Origin: Candidatus Wolframiiraptor sinensis
GTDB lineage: Archaea > Thermoproteota > Nitrososphaeria_A > Caldarchaeales > Wolframiiraptoraceae
Reading direction: 5' to 3'
Length of the DNA stretch: 64,000 nucleotides
Assembly: GCA_023261815.1 (NCBI GenBank)
Contig: JALNKA010000002.1
Coordinates: forward strand, 140,438 to 204,437
In this document: piece by piece, positions 37,419-46,285 of the stretch
How positions within the stretch are numbered: the stretch's first letter is position 1
How the letters are laid out: every line of letters starts with the position of its first letter
Position numbers and translations under genes: made by a program
Notes under the pieces: generated by a model
The model's input: the letters and a program-made list of their open reading frames with translations, nothing else
Database searches by the model: none
Told to the model about the DNA's origin: nothing

Positions 37419-38711
37419 ATGGCGCGCGGTGTTAGCAGGGCTATAGCTGTGGTCTTAGCGGTCGTGATGCTGATAATCGGCATAGGAGTGGGAGTATTGG
37501 TGACGCCGTACGTGTCGCCTCCACCAGCTACGATAACCACAACGGTTCCAGCAGCCGCGGCAGGAGGGCTCTCCGGAGAAATCCCAATCGGAGCACTATT
37601 ACCCTTAAGCGGTCCTCTTGGAAAGTTTGGAGAAAATAATAAAGTTGCGGTTGAGCTAGCTGTTGCCGATGTAAACTCATTCTTAGAAAAAATCGGAGCA
37701 GGTTGGAGGTTGCGAGTCTACATCGAGGACACAGAGACAAAACCTGAGGTGGCACTGGAGAAACTCATAAGCCTGCATGCCAAGGGCGTCAAAGCGATTG
37801 TGGGCCCGATGGCGAGCGGCGAGATACTCAAAATAAAGGAGTTCGCTGATTCCAACAAGATCCTAGTGATTAGTCAGTCGTCGACCTCTCCGAGAGTTGC
37901 CATGCCGGGTGACTATATCTACAGATTTGTTCCGACGGACGTTTACCAAGGCAAGATTGCACCAGCATATGCTGAGCGCCTCGGCGTCACTCACATCATT
38001 CTGGTTTACCTGGCCAACCCATGGGGAGATGGTCTAGCGGCAGAGATCAAAGAGAATGCTAAGAAGAGAGGCATAGAAATCGCTGCCGATCTTAGGATTC
38101 CTGAGGCGGCTCCCGATTATTCAGCTGAAGTTGCAAGCCTAGTATCCGAGGTAAATAAACTTGTAGGAAGCGGTATTTCACCGGAAAAGATAATGGTTGT
38201 ACTGATAACTTACGGCGAGGCTGTTACTTTCTTCCACTCAGCGAGGGAATATGATGTGCTCTGGCGGGTCAAGTGGTTCGGAAGTGATGGAACAGCTTTC
38301 GAATATGGTCTGCAAGAAGATCCTAAAGCAGCAGAATTCGCGGCCACCGTTGGATTTTCAAGCCCGATAGCAGCACCAATAGGCGACAACTACATAAATC
38401 TGCTGAAGAGGGTCAAAGATAGAATAGGTAGGACTCCAGAGCCATATTCCTATAACAGTTATGACGCGATATGGGTTATAGCGTTATCAATACTAATGAC
38501 TGGGAAATATGATGGTGAGACTATAAAATCTACGATACCGGAGGTTCTCAAGGTCTACTACGGTGTCAGCGGTTACATAAAGCTCGATGAGAATGGAGAT
38601 AGAATTGGAGAGCGTTACTGGACTGTCAGCCTAGTCAAAACCGATGAAGGATATGACTGGAAGCCTGTAGCAATCTACGATTGCATAGCTGATAAAATGG
38701 AACTATTGTAA
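37419..38711 (+). CDS. livK: ABC transporter substrate-binding protein (LivK/branched-chain amino-acid binding family)
   Basis: N-terminal TM/signal anchor, a Thr/Pro-rich linker, and a periplasmic-binding-protein type I fold. 430 aa. Confidence 0.8.
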   Translation: MARGVSRAIAVVLAVVMLIIGIGVGVLVTPYVSPPPATITTTVPAAAAGGLSGEIPIGALLPLSGPLGKFGENNKVAVELAVADVNSFLEKIGAGWRLRVYIEDTETKPEVALEKLISLHAKGVKAIVGPMASGEILKIKEFADSNKILVISQSSTSPRVAMPGDYIYRFVPTDVYQGKIAPAYAERLGVTHIILVYLANPWGDGLAAEIKENAKKRGIEIAADLRIPEAAPDYSAEVASLVSEVNKLVGSGISPEKIMVVLITYGEAVTFFHSAREYDVLWRVKWFGSDGTAFEYGLQEDPKAAEFAATVGFSSPIAAPIGDNYINLLKRVKDRIGRTPEPYSYNSYDAIWVIALSILMTGKYDGETIKSTIPEVLKVYYGVSGYIKLDENGDRIGERYWTVSLVKTDEGYDWKPVAIYDCIADKMELL

Positions 38712-38852
38712 GGAAGAGCATCTTTAACAAGTTACCCCCTTTCTTTTTGCTTCCTTCTAGAAATACTCAAGTCTCTGAGTAACAGTAGGGGATGCCGGAT
38801 TTGGCTCAGAAAGATTTTTACCTAGCTTTTCTTCAGCCTTAACGGCAAAAGA

Positions 38853-39611
38853 ATGCCCTCCATTATCTTGAAAGCCAGGGATCTGGTGAAGAGTTTCGGC
38901 GGCTTGAGGGCTGTTGATGGGGTTAGTATGGATGTTCTTGATCGTACCTTGACGATCTTGATTGGGCCTAATGGTAGCGGGAAGACCACGCTCATAAACC
39001 TGATCACAGGCATCTATAAGCCCGATCACGGCAGCATAGTGTTCGATGGTAGGGATATTACGGGGCTCCCGCCTCACGAGATCTTCAGGCTCGGGATTGC
39101 CAGGACGTTCCAGATTCCCCAGCCATTCAGGAAGCTCACGGTGCTTGAGAACCTGCTCGTCTGCTGCAATAACCCCGGGGAAAGCTTTCTCAACGCCATG
39201 AGAAGGAGAAGGTGGATGAAGCTCGAGGAGGAGGAGGTTGAACGCGCCTTCAAGCTCCTGAAGCTCCTCAATCTGGATCATTTATGGGATCATGAGTCTT
39301 GGAAGCTGAGCGGAGGCCAGATGAAGCTCCTCGAGATCGGGAGGGCGCTCATGTCGAATGCGCGGCTCCTGGTCATGGATGAGCCCGTGGCAGGCGTGAA
39401 CCCCACGCTGGCCCATGAGATCTTCAAGTCCCTGTTGAGGCTCAGGGATGCGCTCGGCATAACGATATTCATGGTCGAGCACAGGCTCGACATAGCGCTC
39501 CAGTACACGGATGAGGCATACGTCATGGCATCGGGCAAGATAATCTCGATGGGCAGGCCGGAGGATGTCGTGATGGATCCACAGGTCATAGATGCCTATC
39601 TCGGGGGCTAA
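38853..39611 (+). CDS. livG: ABC transporter ATP-binding protein (LivG-like)
   Basis: Walker A GPNGSGKTT, signature LSGGQMKLLEIGRAL, Walker B LLVMDEP. Confidence 0.85.
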   Translation: MPSIILKARDLVKSFGGLRAVDGVSMDVLDRTLTILIGPNGSGKTTLINLITGIYKPDHGSIVFDGRDITGLPPHEIFRLGIARTFQIPQPFRKLTVLENLLVCCNNPGESFLNAMRRRRWMKLEEEEVERAFKLLKLLNLDHLWDHESWKLSGGQMKLLEIGRALMSNARLLVMDEPVAGVNPTLAHEIFKSLLRLRDALGITIFMVEHRLDIALQYTDEAYVMASGKIISMGRPEDVVMDPQVIDAYLGG

Positions 39612-40329
39612 TGAAGGCATGATCAAAGTTAGTGACCTAAATGCGGGCTACAGGAAACTTCAAGTCCTCTTCGATGTGAGCGCGAGCTTCGATCGGGAGA
39701 AGATCAACGTGATAATAGGCCCTAATGGCAGCGGCAAGAGCACGCTTCTCAGATCAATATTCGGCCTCACCACGATATACTCCGGATCGATAACTCTTGA
39801 TGGCATGGAGCTCGTTGGAAGGACTCCGCACGAGATCGCGAGAATAGGCGTGGCATACCTGCCCCAGACGGAAAACATCTTCGAGAACCTGACCGTCGAG
39901 GAGAACTTGAGAATGGCTGGATACGTGCTGAAAAGAGATGAGCTCGAGGAGAGGGTTGAGGAGATGGCGGAGCTGTTCCCGGTCATAAAGAGGTATTGGA
40001 AGCGGAGGGCGAGGCTTCTGAGCGGCGGCGAGAGGCAGATGATCGCGATGGCGATGGCCCTCCTCAGAAAGCCGAAGGTCATGCTATTTGATGAGCCGAC
40101 CGGCGGCCTGGCGCCGAAGATCGCGAGCGAGGTACTCTCGAAGATCGTGGAGCTGCGGGATGCTCTGAGAATGACGATAATTCTCGTGGAGCAGAATGCA
40201 AGGAAGGCTCTTGAAATAGGCGATAAAGCATATCTTCTCGTCGGCGGCAGACTAGTCTTCGAGGGAGAATGCCGTGAGCTATTGAATCACCCGAAATTCT
40301 CGAGCCTATATCTTGGGATAACGAGCTAG
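39592..40329 (+). CDS. livF: ABC transporter ATP-binding protein (LivF-like)
   Basis: Walker A GPNGSGKST, signature LSGGERQMIAMAMAL, Walker B MLFDEPT. Confidence 0.85.
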   Translation: MPISGANEGMIKVSDLNAGYRKLQVLFDVSASFDREKINVIIGPNGSGKSTLLRSIFGLTTIYSGSITLDGMELVGRTPHEIARIGVAYLPQTENIFENLTVEENLRMAGYVLKRDELEERVEEMAELFPVIKRYWKRRARLLSGGERQMIAMAMALLRKPKVMLFDEPTGGLAPKIASEVLSKIVELRDALRMTIILVEQNARKALEIGDKAYLLVGGRLVFEGECRELLNHPKFSSLYLGITS

Positions 40330-40337
40330 GCTGAGGA

Positions 40338-41075
40338 ATGCAGGTCAGGCCGGATATCGCTTCAAAGGTCTTGGAAGTCGTTCTAAAGCTCTCGGCCTCA
40401 AATGCTCCAATAAATGTTGAGGAGATCTCCCGGCTATCCCTGATCTCCAAGGATGAGGCTCGGAGAATATTGAGCCTGCTCGAGGTCGGGGAGGGGGATA
40501 GGCTGGAGGAGGATGAAAGGGTGAGAGCTATCTTAAGCGCGCTGAGGCTCGGCGTTGACGCAAGCTTGCTCGCGAAGCACCTCGATTGGAAAGAGTTCGA
40601 GAAGCTCATCACGGCCCTTCTCGGCGAAGCCGGATATGAGGCAGAATGGGATGTGAAGCTAACTCATGAGGGCGGGAGAATCCAGGTCGACGTGCTAGCA
40701 TATGGCGGCAGCATGCTCCTAATCATAGACTGCAAGCGCTGGAATAGATCTCTGACTCCATTGGTGGAGAGGAGGATAATGGAGAGGCAGGAGAGGAGGA
40801 TGCTTTTCCTCAGGAATGTAATTGAGCGCACTTTTCGCGGAGAAGACCTGAAGACTGTTTACCTCATCCCGGTAACGCTCTCGCTCTACAGGCCCTCAAA
40901 GCCTATCATAGATGGATTCATCTTCGCGTCGCTGGACAAGCTCAGGGGAGCTCTCGAATATGCTGAGAGATCATTCTTCCAGCTCAGGAGTGAGCGGGTC
41001 GCGATTCCCAGAGATATTGCGCTGAAGCAGATCGTGCGAAAGCTGCGAGAAGGATCTCGGCCGAGAACTCGCTAA
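40338..41075 (+). CDS. wHTH + PD-(D/E)xK (Mrr/restriction-endonuclease-like) nuclease domain protein
   Basis: N-terminal winged-helix-like region. The C-terminus has D...(D/E)xK, with QVDVLAY followed by IIDCKRW. Confidence 0.6.
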   Translation: MQVRPDIASKVLEVVLKLSASNAPINVEEISRLSLISKDEARRILSLLEVGEGDRLEEDERVRAILSALRLGVDASLLAKHLDWKEFEKLITALLGEAGYEAEWDVKLTHEGGRIQVDVLAYGGSMLLIIDCKRWNRSLTPLVERRIMERQERRMLFLRNVIERTFRGEDLKTVYLIPVTLSLYRPSKPIIDGFIFASLDKLRGALEYAERSFFQLRSERVAIPRDIALKQIVRKLREGSRPRTR

Positions 41076-41095
41076 AACAGCCCTCTATTCTCTCA

Positions 41096-41111
41096 TTTGC
41101 TTTTCATTTTT
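41096..41111 (+). terminator. T-tract terminator candidate after the nuclease gene
   Basis: TTTGCTTTTCATTTTT begins 20 nt after the stop. This is an archaeal oligo-T termination signal. Confidence 0.35.
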
Positions 41112-41178
41112 AGGCTTATCTCATCTCAATTGCGAGAGAATGCTTAAATCTAGGACGAGAAGCCTTCATCCGAGAGTT

Positions 41179-41271
41179 ATGATCTGGGCGGAGTTCGAGG
41201 AAGAGTGGGAAGAAGAGGAGGAAGAATGGGACGAGGAGGAAGAGTGGGAGGAGGAAGAGGAGGAATTCTAG
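41179..41271 (+). CDS. candidate micro-ORF encoding a 30-aa poly-Glu/Trp peptide
   Basis: MIWAEFEEEWEEEEEEWDEEEEWEEEEEEF. A TATA-like GCTTAAAT sits about 30 bp upstream, suggesting a leaderless transcript. A long T-rich tract follows downstream. Confidence 0.25.
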   Translation: MIWAEFEEEWEEEEEEWDEEEEWEEEEEEF

Positions 41272-41367
41272 AAGCGTTACTTAGCCGCCCAAAATAATCT
41301 CCTCTTTTTCTCCTTTTTCTTCATCAAGACTATTTTTATTATTATTTTTCTTGAGAAAGGGTGGATC

Positions 41368-42663
41368 TCATGGATATACCCTGGCGGGAGTTCTCGGGAA
41401 GAGGCATGCATCCCTTATATGTGATAGCTTTAGCATCCACCATAGCATTCGCTCGATTCCGAGCCCGAATCCGCTGTGCGGCACCGATCCATATTTTCTC
41501 AGGTCGAGATACCACTTGTAGTCCTCCGGGTTCAGCCCCGCCTCCCTAATCCTCTCGAGAAGCTGGTGATAATCGTGTATCCTCTGGCCTCCGCCTACGA
41601 CCTCGCCATATCCGCCCGGGGCCAGGAGATCAGCATTTCTGCAAACTCTCGGGTCGGATGGATCCGGCATGTGGTAGAATGCCTTCGCCTCCCTAGCCCA
41701 ATGAGTCACGAAGAATGGCTTCTCGAATTCCCTTGATAGCTCCCGCTCTTCATCGGCCCCGAAGTCGTCGCCCCATTTAACGTCGAACCCCTTTCTCCGG
41801 AGAATCTCGAGCGCCTCGGCGTATGTTATCCTCGGGTATGGCGGCTTAGCGATCTCAGGATCTATCTTCAAGCCCAGCATCTCGAGCTCTTTCTCAGCCT
41901 GCTCGCAGACCCCTCTCACCATAGCGTAGAACAGGTTCTCGATTATCTCTAGGAGGTCTTCTAGCTCCGCGTATGCTATCTCCGCCTCGAGATGCCAGAA
42001 CTCCGTTAAATGCCTTCTAGTCCTGCTGAGCTCGGCTCTGAAGCTGGGTTGAATGCTGTAAACCTTCTCGAGGCTGTAAATCGCCGCCTCTTGGTAGAAC
42101 TGCGAGCTCTGCGTCAGGTATGCTTCTCTGCCGAAATAATCTAGCTTGAAGAGCGTTGCGCCGCCCTCGACCGCTGCTGTTATGAAGCTGGGGCAATTTA
42201 TCTCGATGAAGCCGTTCTCCCAGAACCACCGCCTAGCCGCTCTTAGAAGCGCCGCTCTGATCTTCATTATCGCAGCGACCCTCGGGCTCCTGATGTGCAG
42301 GTGCCTGTTATCTAGGAGGAATTTCAGCTTGATGCCCTTCCTTATCGGGAAATCGTCAAGGCTCTCGCCGACGACCTCGATCGATCTGCATCTTATCTCG
42401 ACTCCACCGGGCGCTCTTGGATCGCACTTCACAATCCCGGAGATCTTCACAGCGGTTTCTCGGCGGAGTTTAACAGCGCGCTCGAAGGAGTCCTCCGGCA
42501 TATCACCCCTCCTGATCGCGACCTGAATTATCCCAGTGCTATCTCTCAGATCTAGGAAGAGGAGGCCGCCGTGAGAGCGCTTGCTCCTCACCCAGCCGAG
42601 AAGCGTTACCTCGCTTCCATCGGGAAGCTCCTTCGCATCCTCGACGTAGATCTTCTTCAACAT
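41368..42663 (-). CDS. asnS: asparaginyl-tRNA synthetase (class IIb)
   Basis: Motif 2 FRAELSRTRRHLTEFWHLEAE. The EFW signature is AsnRS-type rather than AspRS. Motif 3 GFGLGIERM. N-terminal OB fold. 431 aa. Confidence 0.75.
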   Translation of the reverse strand: MLKKIYVEDAKELPDGSEVTLLGWVRSKRSHGGLLFLDLRDSTGIIQVAIRRGDMPEDSFERAVKLRRETAVKISGIVKCDPRAPGGVEIRCRSIEVVGESLDDFPIRKGIKLKFLLDNRHLHIRSPRVAAIMKIRAALLRAARRWFWENGFIEINCPSFITAAVEGGATLFKLDYFGREAYLTQSSQFYQEAAIYSLEKVYSIQPSFRAELSRTRRHLTEFWHLEAEIAYAELEDLLEIIENLFYAMVRGVCEQAEKELEMLGLKIDPEIAKPPYPRITYAEALEILRRKGFDVKWGDDFGADEERELSREFEKPFFVTHWAREAKAFYHMPDPSDPRVCRNADLLAPGGYGEVVGGGQRIHDYHQLLERIREAGLNPEDYKWYLDLRKYGSVPHSGFGLGIERMLWWMLKLSHIRDACLFPRTPARVYP

Positions 42664-42742
42664 GCCGCCTGGATCCGGGTTAAAGCCGGAAGGGGCGCCT
42701 TTTTTCCTTTGCCCGCTGAGGGGCGCCGGGGATTGCTCGGCG

Positions 42743-43072
42743 CTAGAGGACCTTGCAGCCTGCGGGAACCTCTCTCTGCGGTATTAGCGGCACTACATCG
42801 TTCTCGCTGATGACGGCGGCGAGCAGCATGCACTCCGACATGACCCCCCTAATCTTCTTCGGCTTCAGGTTCACGACGAAGGCGAATTCCCTGCCAATGA
42901 AGTCTTCAGGCTCGTAGATATGGCCAAGGCCCGCCACGGATTGCCTCTTGAACTCTCCGAAATCGACGATGAGCTTAAGTAGCCTGGCAGCCCCCTCGAC
43001 CCTCTCCGCGGAGATAACCCGCCCAATCCGGATATCTAGCCTCTGAAACTCGGAAAAATCGACCTCGGGCAT
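42743..43072 (-). CDS. tRNA-binding protein (Trbp111/CsaA/EMAPII-like OB fold)
   Basis: LDIRIGRVISAERVEGAARLLKLIVDFG; 109 aa. Confidence 0.75.
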   Translation of the reverse strand: MPEVDFSEFQRLDIRIGRVISAERVEGAARLLKLIVDFGEFKRQSVAGLGHIYEPEDFIGREFAFVVNLKPKKIRGVMSECMLLAAVISENDVVPLIPQREVPAGCKVL

Positions 43073-43165
43073 GCCGCTATCACGCAGCCCAATATTCTCA
43101 GCGTATGCTTAAAAACTGTTCTCCGAGAAACTTTCAGCAAAAATGATGCATAAGATTATCCGAAA

Positions 43166-43176
43166 CTCTTTTATAT
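43166..43176 (+). promoter_or_regulatory. TATA box for the small basic protein gene
   Basis: CTTTTATATGA lies about 40 bp upstream of ATG 43215, followed by a second ATTTAAAA element. Confidence 0.45.
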
Positions 43177-43214
43177 GAGTAAGACCTATTTAAAACCGAT
43201 GGGTGAAGACCTAA

Positions 43215-43388
43215 ATGGCGCGGAAGAGGGTAGCTAAAAAGGCTTCAGCTAAAAAGGGTGGTAGAGGGAGGGGCGGCAGAAAGAAGGCCGCCAAGAAGGC
43301 TGCTAAGAAGAGGGCTAAAAAAGCGCCTAGAAAGAGGGTTAAGAAGGCTGCTGCACCAGCGCCTCAAGAGGCTATAGAGCAGATTTAA
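43215..43388 (+). CDS. small Lys/Ala/Arg-rich basic protein (58 aa), likely nucleic-acid binding
   Basis: MARKRVAKKASAKKGGRGRGGRKKAAKKAAKKRAKKAPRKRVKKAAAPAPQEAIEQI. It is not in the ORF track because it is under 60 aa. Confidence 0.5.
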   Translation: MARKRVAKKASAKKGGRGRGGRKKAAKKAAKKRAKKAPRKRVKKAAAPAPQEAIEQI

Positions 43389-43426
43389 GCCGCCCCGGAT
43401 CCCCCATTTTTATGCGCGAAATCGCA

Positions 43427-43969
43427 TTAGTATAGGGCGTATCTATCCTCTAATTCCTTTTCCTTGATCGGCCGCTCTTTAATCGTCTCGAGCATTTGGC
43501 CGGTTAAAGCGGAGAGTACCGCGGGTGCTATCAGGATGAAGGTGAGGTCTATTGGTCTCGAGATTAGGTCTCCGGCGAGCCTGCTCACCGCCATGAGCCA
43601 GGCATGCTGATCCTGCCATGCTGGCGCCGAGAAGAATAGGGAGCCTATCCAGAGCATGAGTATCGTGGCGGAGGTTAGAAATGTCGCCTTCGCGGCGGCT
43701 TCAGGGCTCATGAGCAGGATGCCCACCACGCATCCTATGACCAGCCATAGCGTGAGCGGTACTGCGCCCAGCGGGGGATATCCTCCAATCATTGGCTGAC
43801 CAAAGGCCGAAGATATAGGGGCTAATAGGGGCGTATAGGCTCTTAGGAGTATTACGAATATGTCGAGCTGGCCCGAGGAGCGTGCTACGGGCTCATTTAC
43901 GCTCAGGAATAGGCCGGCGAGGGTTATTAGACCGAATCCCAGTCCATAGCCTATGAGCGCTCTAGTCAT
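43427..43969 (-). CDS. integral membrane protein, hypothetical
   Basis: 180 aa, about 5 TM segments, no motif recognised. Confidence 0.45.
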   Translation of the reverse strand: MTRALIGYGLGFGLITLAGLFLSVNEPVARSSGQLDIFVILLRAYTPLLAPISSAFGQPMIGGYPPLGAVPLTLWLVIGCVVGILLMSPEAAAKATFLTSATILMLWIGSLFFSAPAWQDQHAWLMAVSRLAGDLISRPIDLTFILIAPAVLSALTGQMLETIKERPIKEKELEDRYALY

Positions 43970-44082
43970 CTTCCAAGCCGTGAATAGTTCATGCGTTCAA
44001 AAAAGTTTCTCGTCTCATGGGTTTTTAATCCCTATCAGGCGATTACCAAGATAGTTATCCGCGGATTACCGTGATAAGGATC

Positions 44083-45711
44083 TCAGCCGCGCCTAAGCCT
44101 CCAGATCATGAGCTCTCTGGGCAGCCTCTTTCGCTCGAACTGCTGCTCATATAGCTCCCTGATCCTCTGGATCGTGTCGGCCTCCTCCGGCGCCTTGTCA
44201 GCTCTTATCCTGGTTATTCTCGCAAATCTGAGGGCATATCCAGACCTGTACTTAGGGCTTCTCTGTATCTCGTTGAAGGCGACCTCGACGACTATTCTCG
44301 GCCTCACGGCAACCGTGTATCCATCATTGCTTATCGCGAGCTCTAGGAGCCTTTTCGTCATCCACTCGAACTCCTCATCCGTTAACCCCTTGAAGGTTTT
44401 TCCCACGACCTCGAATTCCCCGGTCTCGGGATTGTAGGCGGCGAGGTGGTAGTTGCTGAGCCAGCCGGATCTTCTTCCATGGCCCCAGTCAGCGGCCACG
44501 ATTACGAGGTCCAGCGTGTCGGCGGGCTTAATCTTGAACCAGAGCCGCTCGCGCCTGCCAGGCCTATAAGGCGACTCTAAGCTCTTCGCCATGATCCCTT
44601 CATGCCCTTCCTGCACGGCCCTCCTCATGAAAGATTGAACCTCCTCGAGTCTCGAGGATATTATCCTCGGTGCAAGGTGCTCTTCAGGTATCAGCTTCTC
44701 AAGTAGCTCGCGCCTCTCCCGGTAGGGCATGTCGAGCAGCTCCTGACCATCTAGGTAGAGTATGTCGAAGATCCAGAGCTTGAGCGGGATCCTCTCAGCC
44801 TCCTCCTCGACACCCTTAAGCCTCCTAAATCTTCTCAGTAGCTCTTGGAAGGGCATGGGCCTGCCGGCTTCATCAACCGCCACCACCTCGCCGTCGAGAA
44901 CAATCTCGCTGAATCTCGATGAGAACTCCTTGACCACTTGCACGATATCCGGGAGGCTCCTAGTAACGTCGCTAAGCCTCCTCGAAAAGATCCTGACCTC
45001 GTTATCCTTTACGTGGATCTGAACGCGGGCTCCATCAAACTTATACTCGAAGCCCATTGGCTTATCGGACTCCTTTAAGAGCTGCTCCAAGTCATGGCAC
45101 ATTTCGGCGAGCATTGGTCTCACGGGCCGAAAGACCTGAAGCCTCGTTGACCTGATCGCATCGCCCCCACCCCTCACCGCGAGCTCCACGAGATCCCCGA
45201 TCCTCCCCACGAGCATGAATGCCCTCTGAACATCTTCTAGCGATGCTCCCGTCAGCTCGGCCACGGCCTCCAGCACGAGCCCCTCATTCACGCCATGCTG
45301 CATCTCGCCCATTAGTTGCTTGAGAAACCAGTGCTTCTCGAGAGCGCTCATCCTGGCGATTAGCCCTCGCAGAATCATCAGCTTTCTCTCCCTAGAGCCA
45401 GCCCCCCTGAGACTCGAGATCTCGCGCAGTCCATTCCATACCTCGAGTATTGTCAGCGGCTCTGCTGCTAGCAGAGTTGTCTGCCCAAGCTCTTCGAGGA
45501 GCTGATAGACCGCCGCGGCCCCGATGTCGAGCTTATCCTCATCGCCCTCCGGCATAACCCGCCCTATGAGTAGCAAGATCGCCGGCGCAACTTCATTGGG
45601 CTTAAGCTCCTGGAGAAGCCTAACTATCTGCGCGACCTTATCCTTTCTTCCGCTCAGAGCTTTAATCGACTCGCATGCTCTCGCGAGCCTAAGATATGGT
45701 GTGCTGGACAT
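44083..45711 (-). CDS. lig: ATP-dependent DNA ligase
   Basis: Adenylation motif I YKFDGARVQIH (KxDG), motif EGIMAK, and a C-terminal OB domain. 542 aa. Confidence 0.9.
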   Translation of the reverse strand: MSSTPYLRLARACESIKALSGRKDKVAQIVRLLQELKPNEVAPAILLLIGRVMPEGDEDKLDIGAAAVYQLLEELGQTTLLAAEPLTILEVWNGLREISSLRGAGSRERKLMILRGLIARMSALEKHWFLKQLMGEMQHGVNEGLVLEAVAELTGASLEDVQRAFMLVGRIGDLVELAVRGGGDAIRSTRLQVFRPVRPMLAEMCHDLEQLLKESDKPMGFEYKFDGARVQIHVKDNEVRIFSRRLSDVTRSLPDIVQVVKEFSSRFSEIVLDGEVVAVDEAGRPMPFQELLRRFRRLKGVEEEAERIPLKLWIFDILYLDGQELLDMPYRERRELLEKLIPEEHLAPRIISSRLEEVQSFMRRAVQEGHEGIMAKSLESPYRPGRRERLWFKIKPADTLDLVIVAADWGHGRRSGWLSNYHLAAYNPETGEFEVVGKTFKGLTDEEFEWMTKRLLELAISNDGYTVAVRPRIVVEVAFNEIQRSPKYRSGYALRFARITRIRADKAPEEADTIQRIRELYEQQFERKRLPRELMIWRLRRG

Positions 45712-45713
45712 CT

Positions 45714-46217
45714 TTACTCGATCTTGATCTCGATGCCCTTGGGCTTCTGGACCGGGAGCCTTAGAATGAGGACGCCGTCCCTGTATGATGCCTTCGCGGC
45801 CGATGGATCAGTCTCTCTCGGAAGCTCTATGAAGCACTTGTAGCCCTTCGCTTTGAATAGCCTCGCTCTCGAGGCCTTCTCCCTGAGCTCCTCGGAGAAG
45901 CCGGCCTCAACCATGAGATCCCTCCCCCTAACGCTCACGTCTATCGAGTCCTTCGAGGCGCCTGGAAGCTGGATGACCACGACGACCTCATCGCCATCTA
46001 AGTATGCTTCATGCTCCGGCACCAGGTAGTCCGCAGCCTCTCGAATGCGGCCGATCACGGGCCCCGTAGCTCTCAGCGCCGAGTCAACAACCCTTGACAA
46101 CTCCCTTGAAAGATCCCTCATCATCTGCTCAACTCTTCTTCTTATCTCCCGCTCGAACTCCTCGGGTGAGAACCCCTCCCCCATCAGGTTATAATGATGC
46201 TCGGGGCGATTTAACAT
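45714..46217 (-). CDS. Hsp20/alpha-crystallin small heat-shock protein
   Basis: Alpha-crystallin domain including LPGASKDSIDVSV, GVLILRLP and IEIKIE. 167 aa. Confidence 0.85.
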   Translation of the reverse strand: MLNRPEHHYNLMGEGFSPEEFEREIRRRVEQMMRDLSRELSRVVDSALRATGPVIGRIREAADYLVPEHEAYLDGDEVVVVIQLPGASKDSIDVSVRGRDLMVEAGFSEELREKASRARLFKAKGYKCFIELPRETDPSAAKASYRDGVLILRLPVQKPKGIEIKIE

Positions 46218-46285
46218 TTCTAATGCTTATATTGGGGAGATGCAGGTTATGGCCCAGCATTTTCAAGGGGGCTTGAGGCGCGTTT

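Noticed and set aside
41290-41355. 60-bp T-rich or pyrimidine-rich block considered as a replication-origin DUE
   Set aside because: There are no flanking ORB-like inverted repeats and no initiator gene nearby. It is more simply explained as a transcription terminator tract for the convergent genes.
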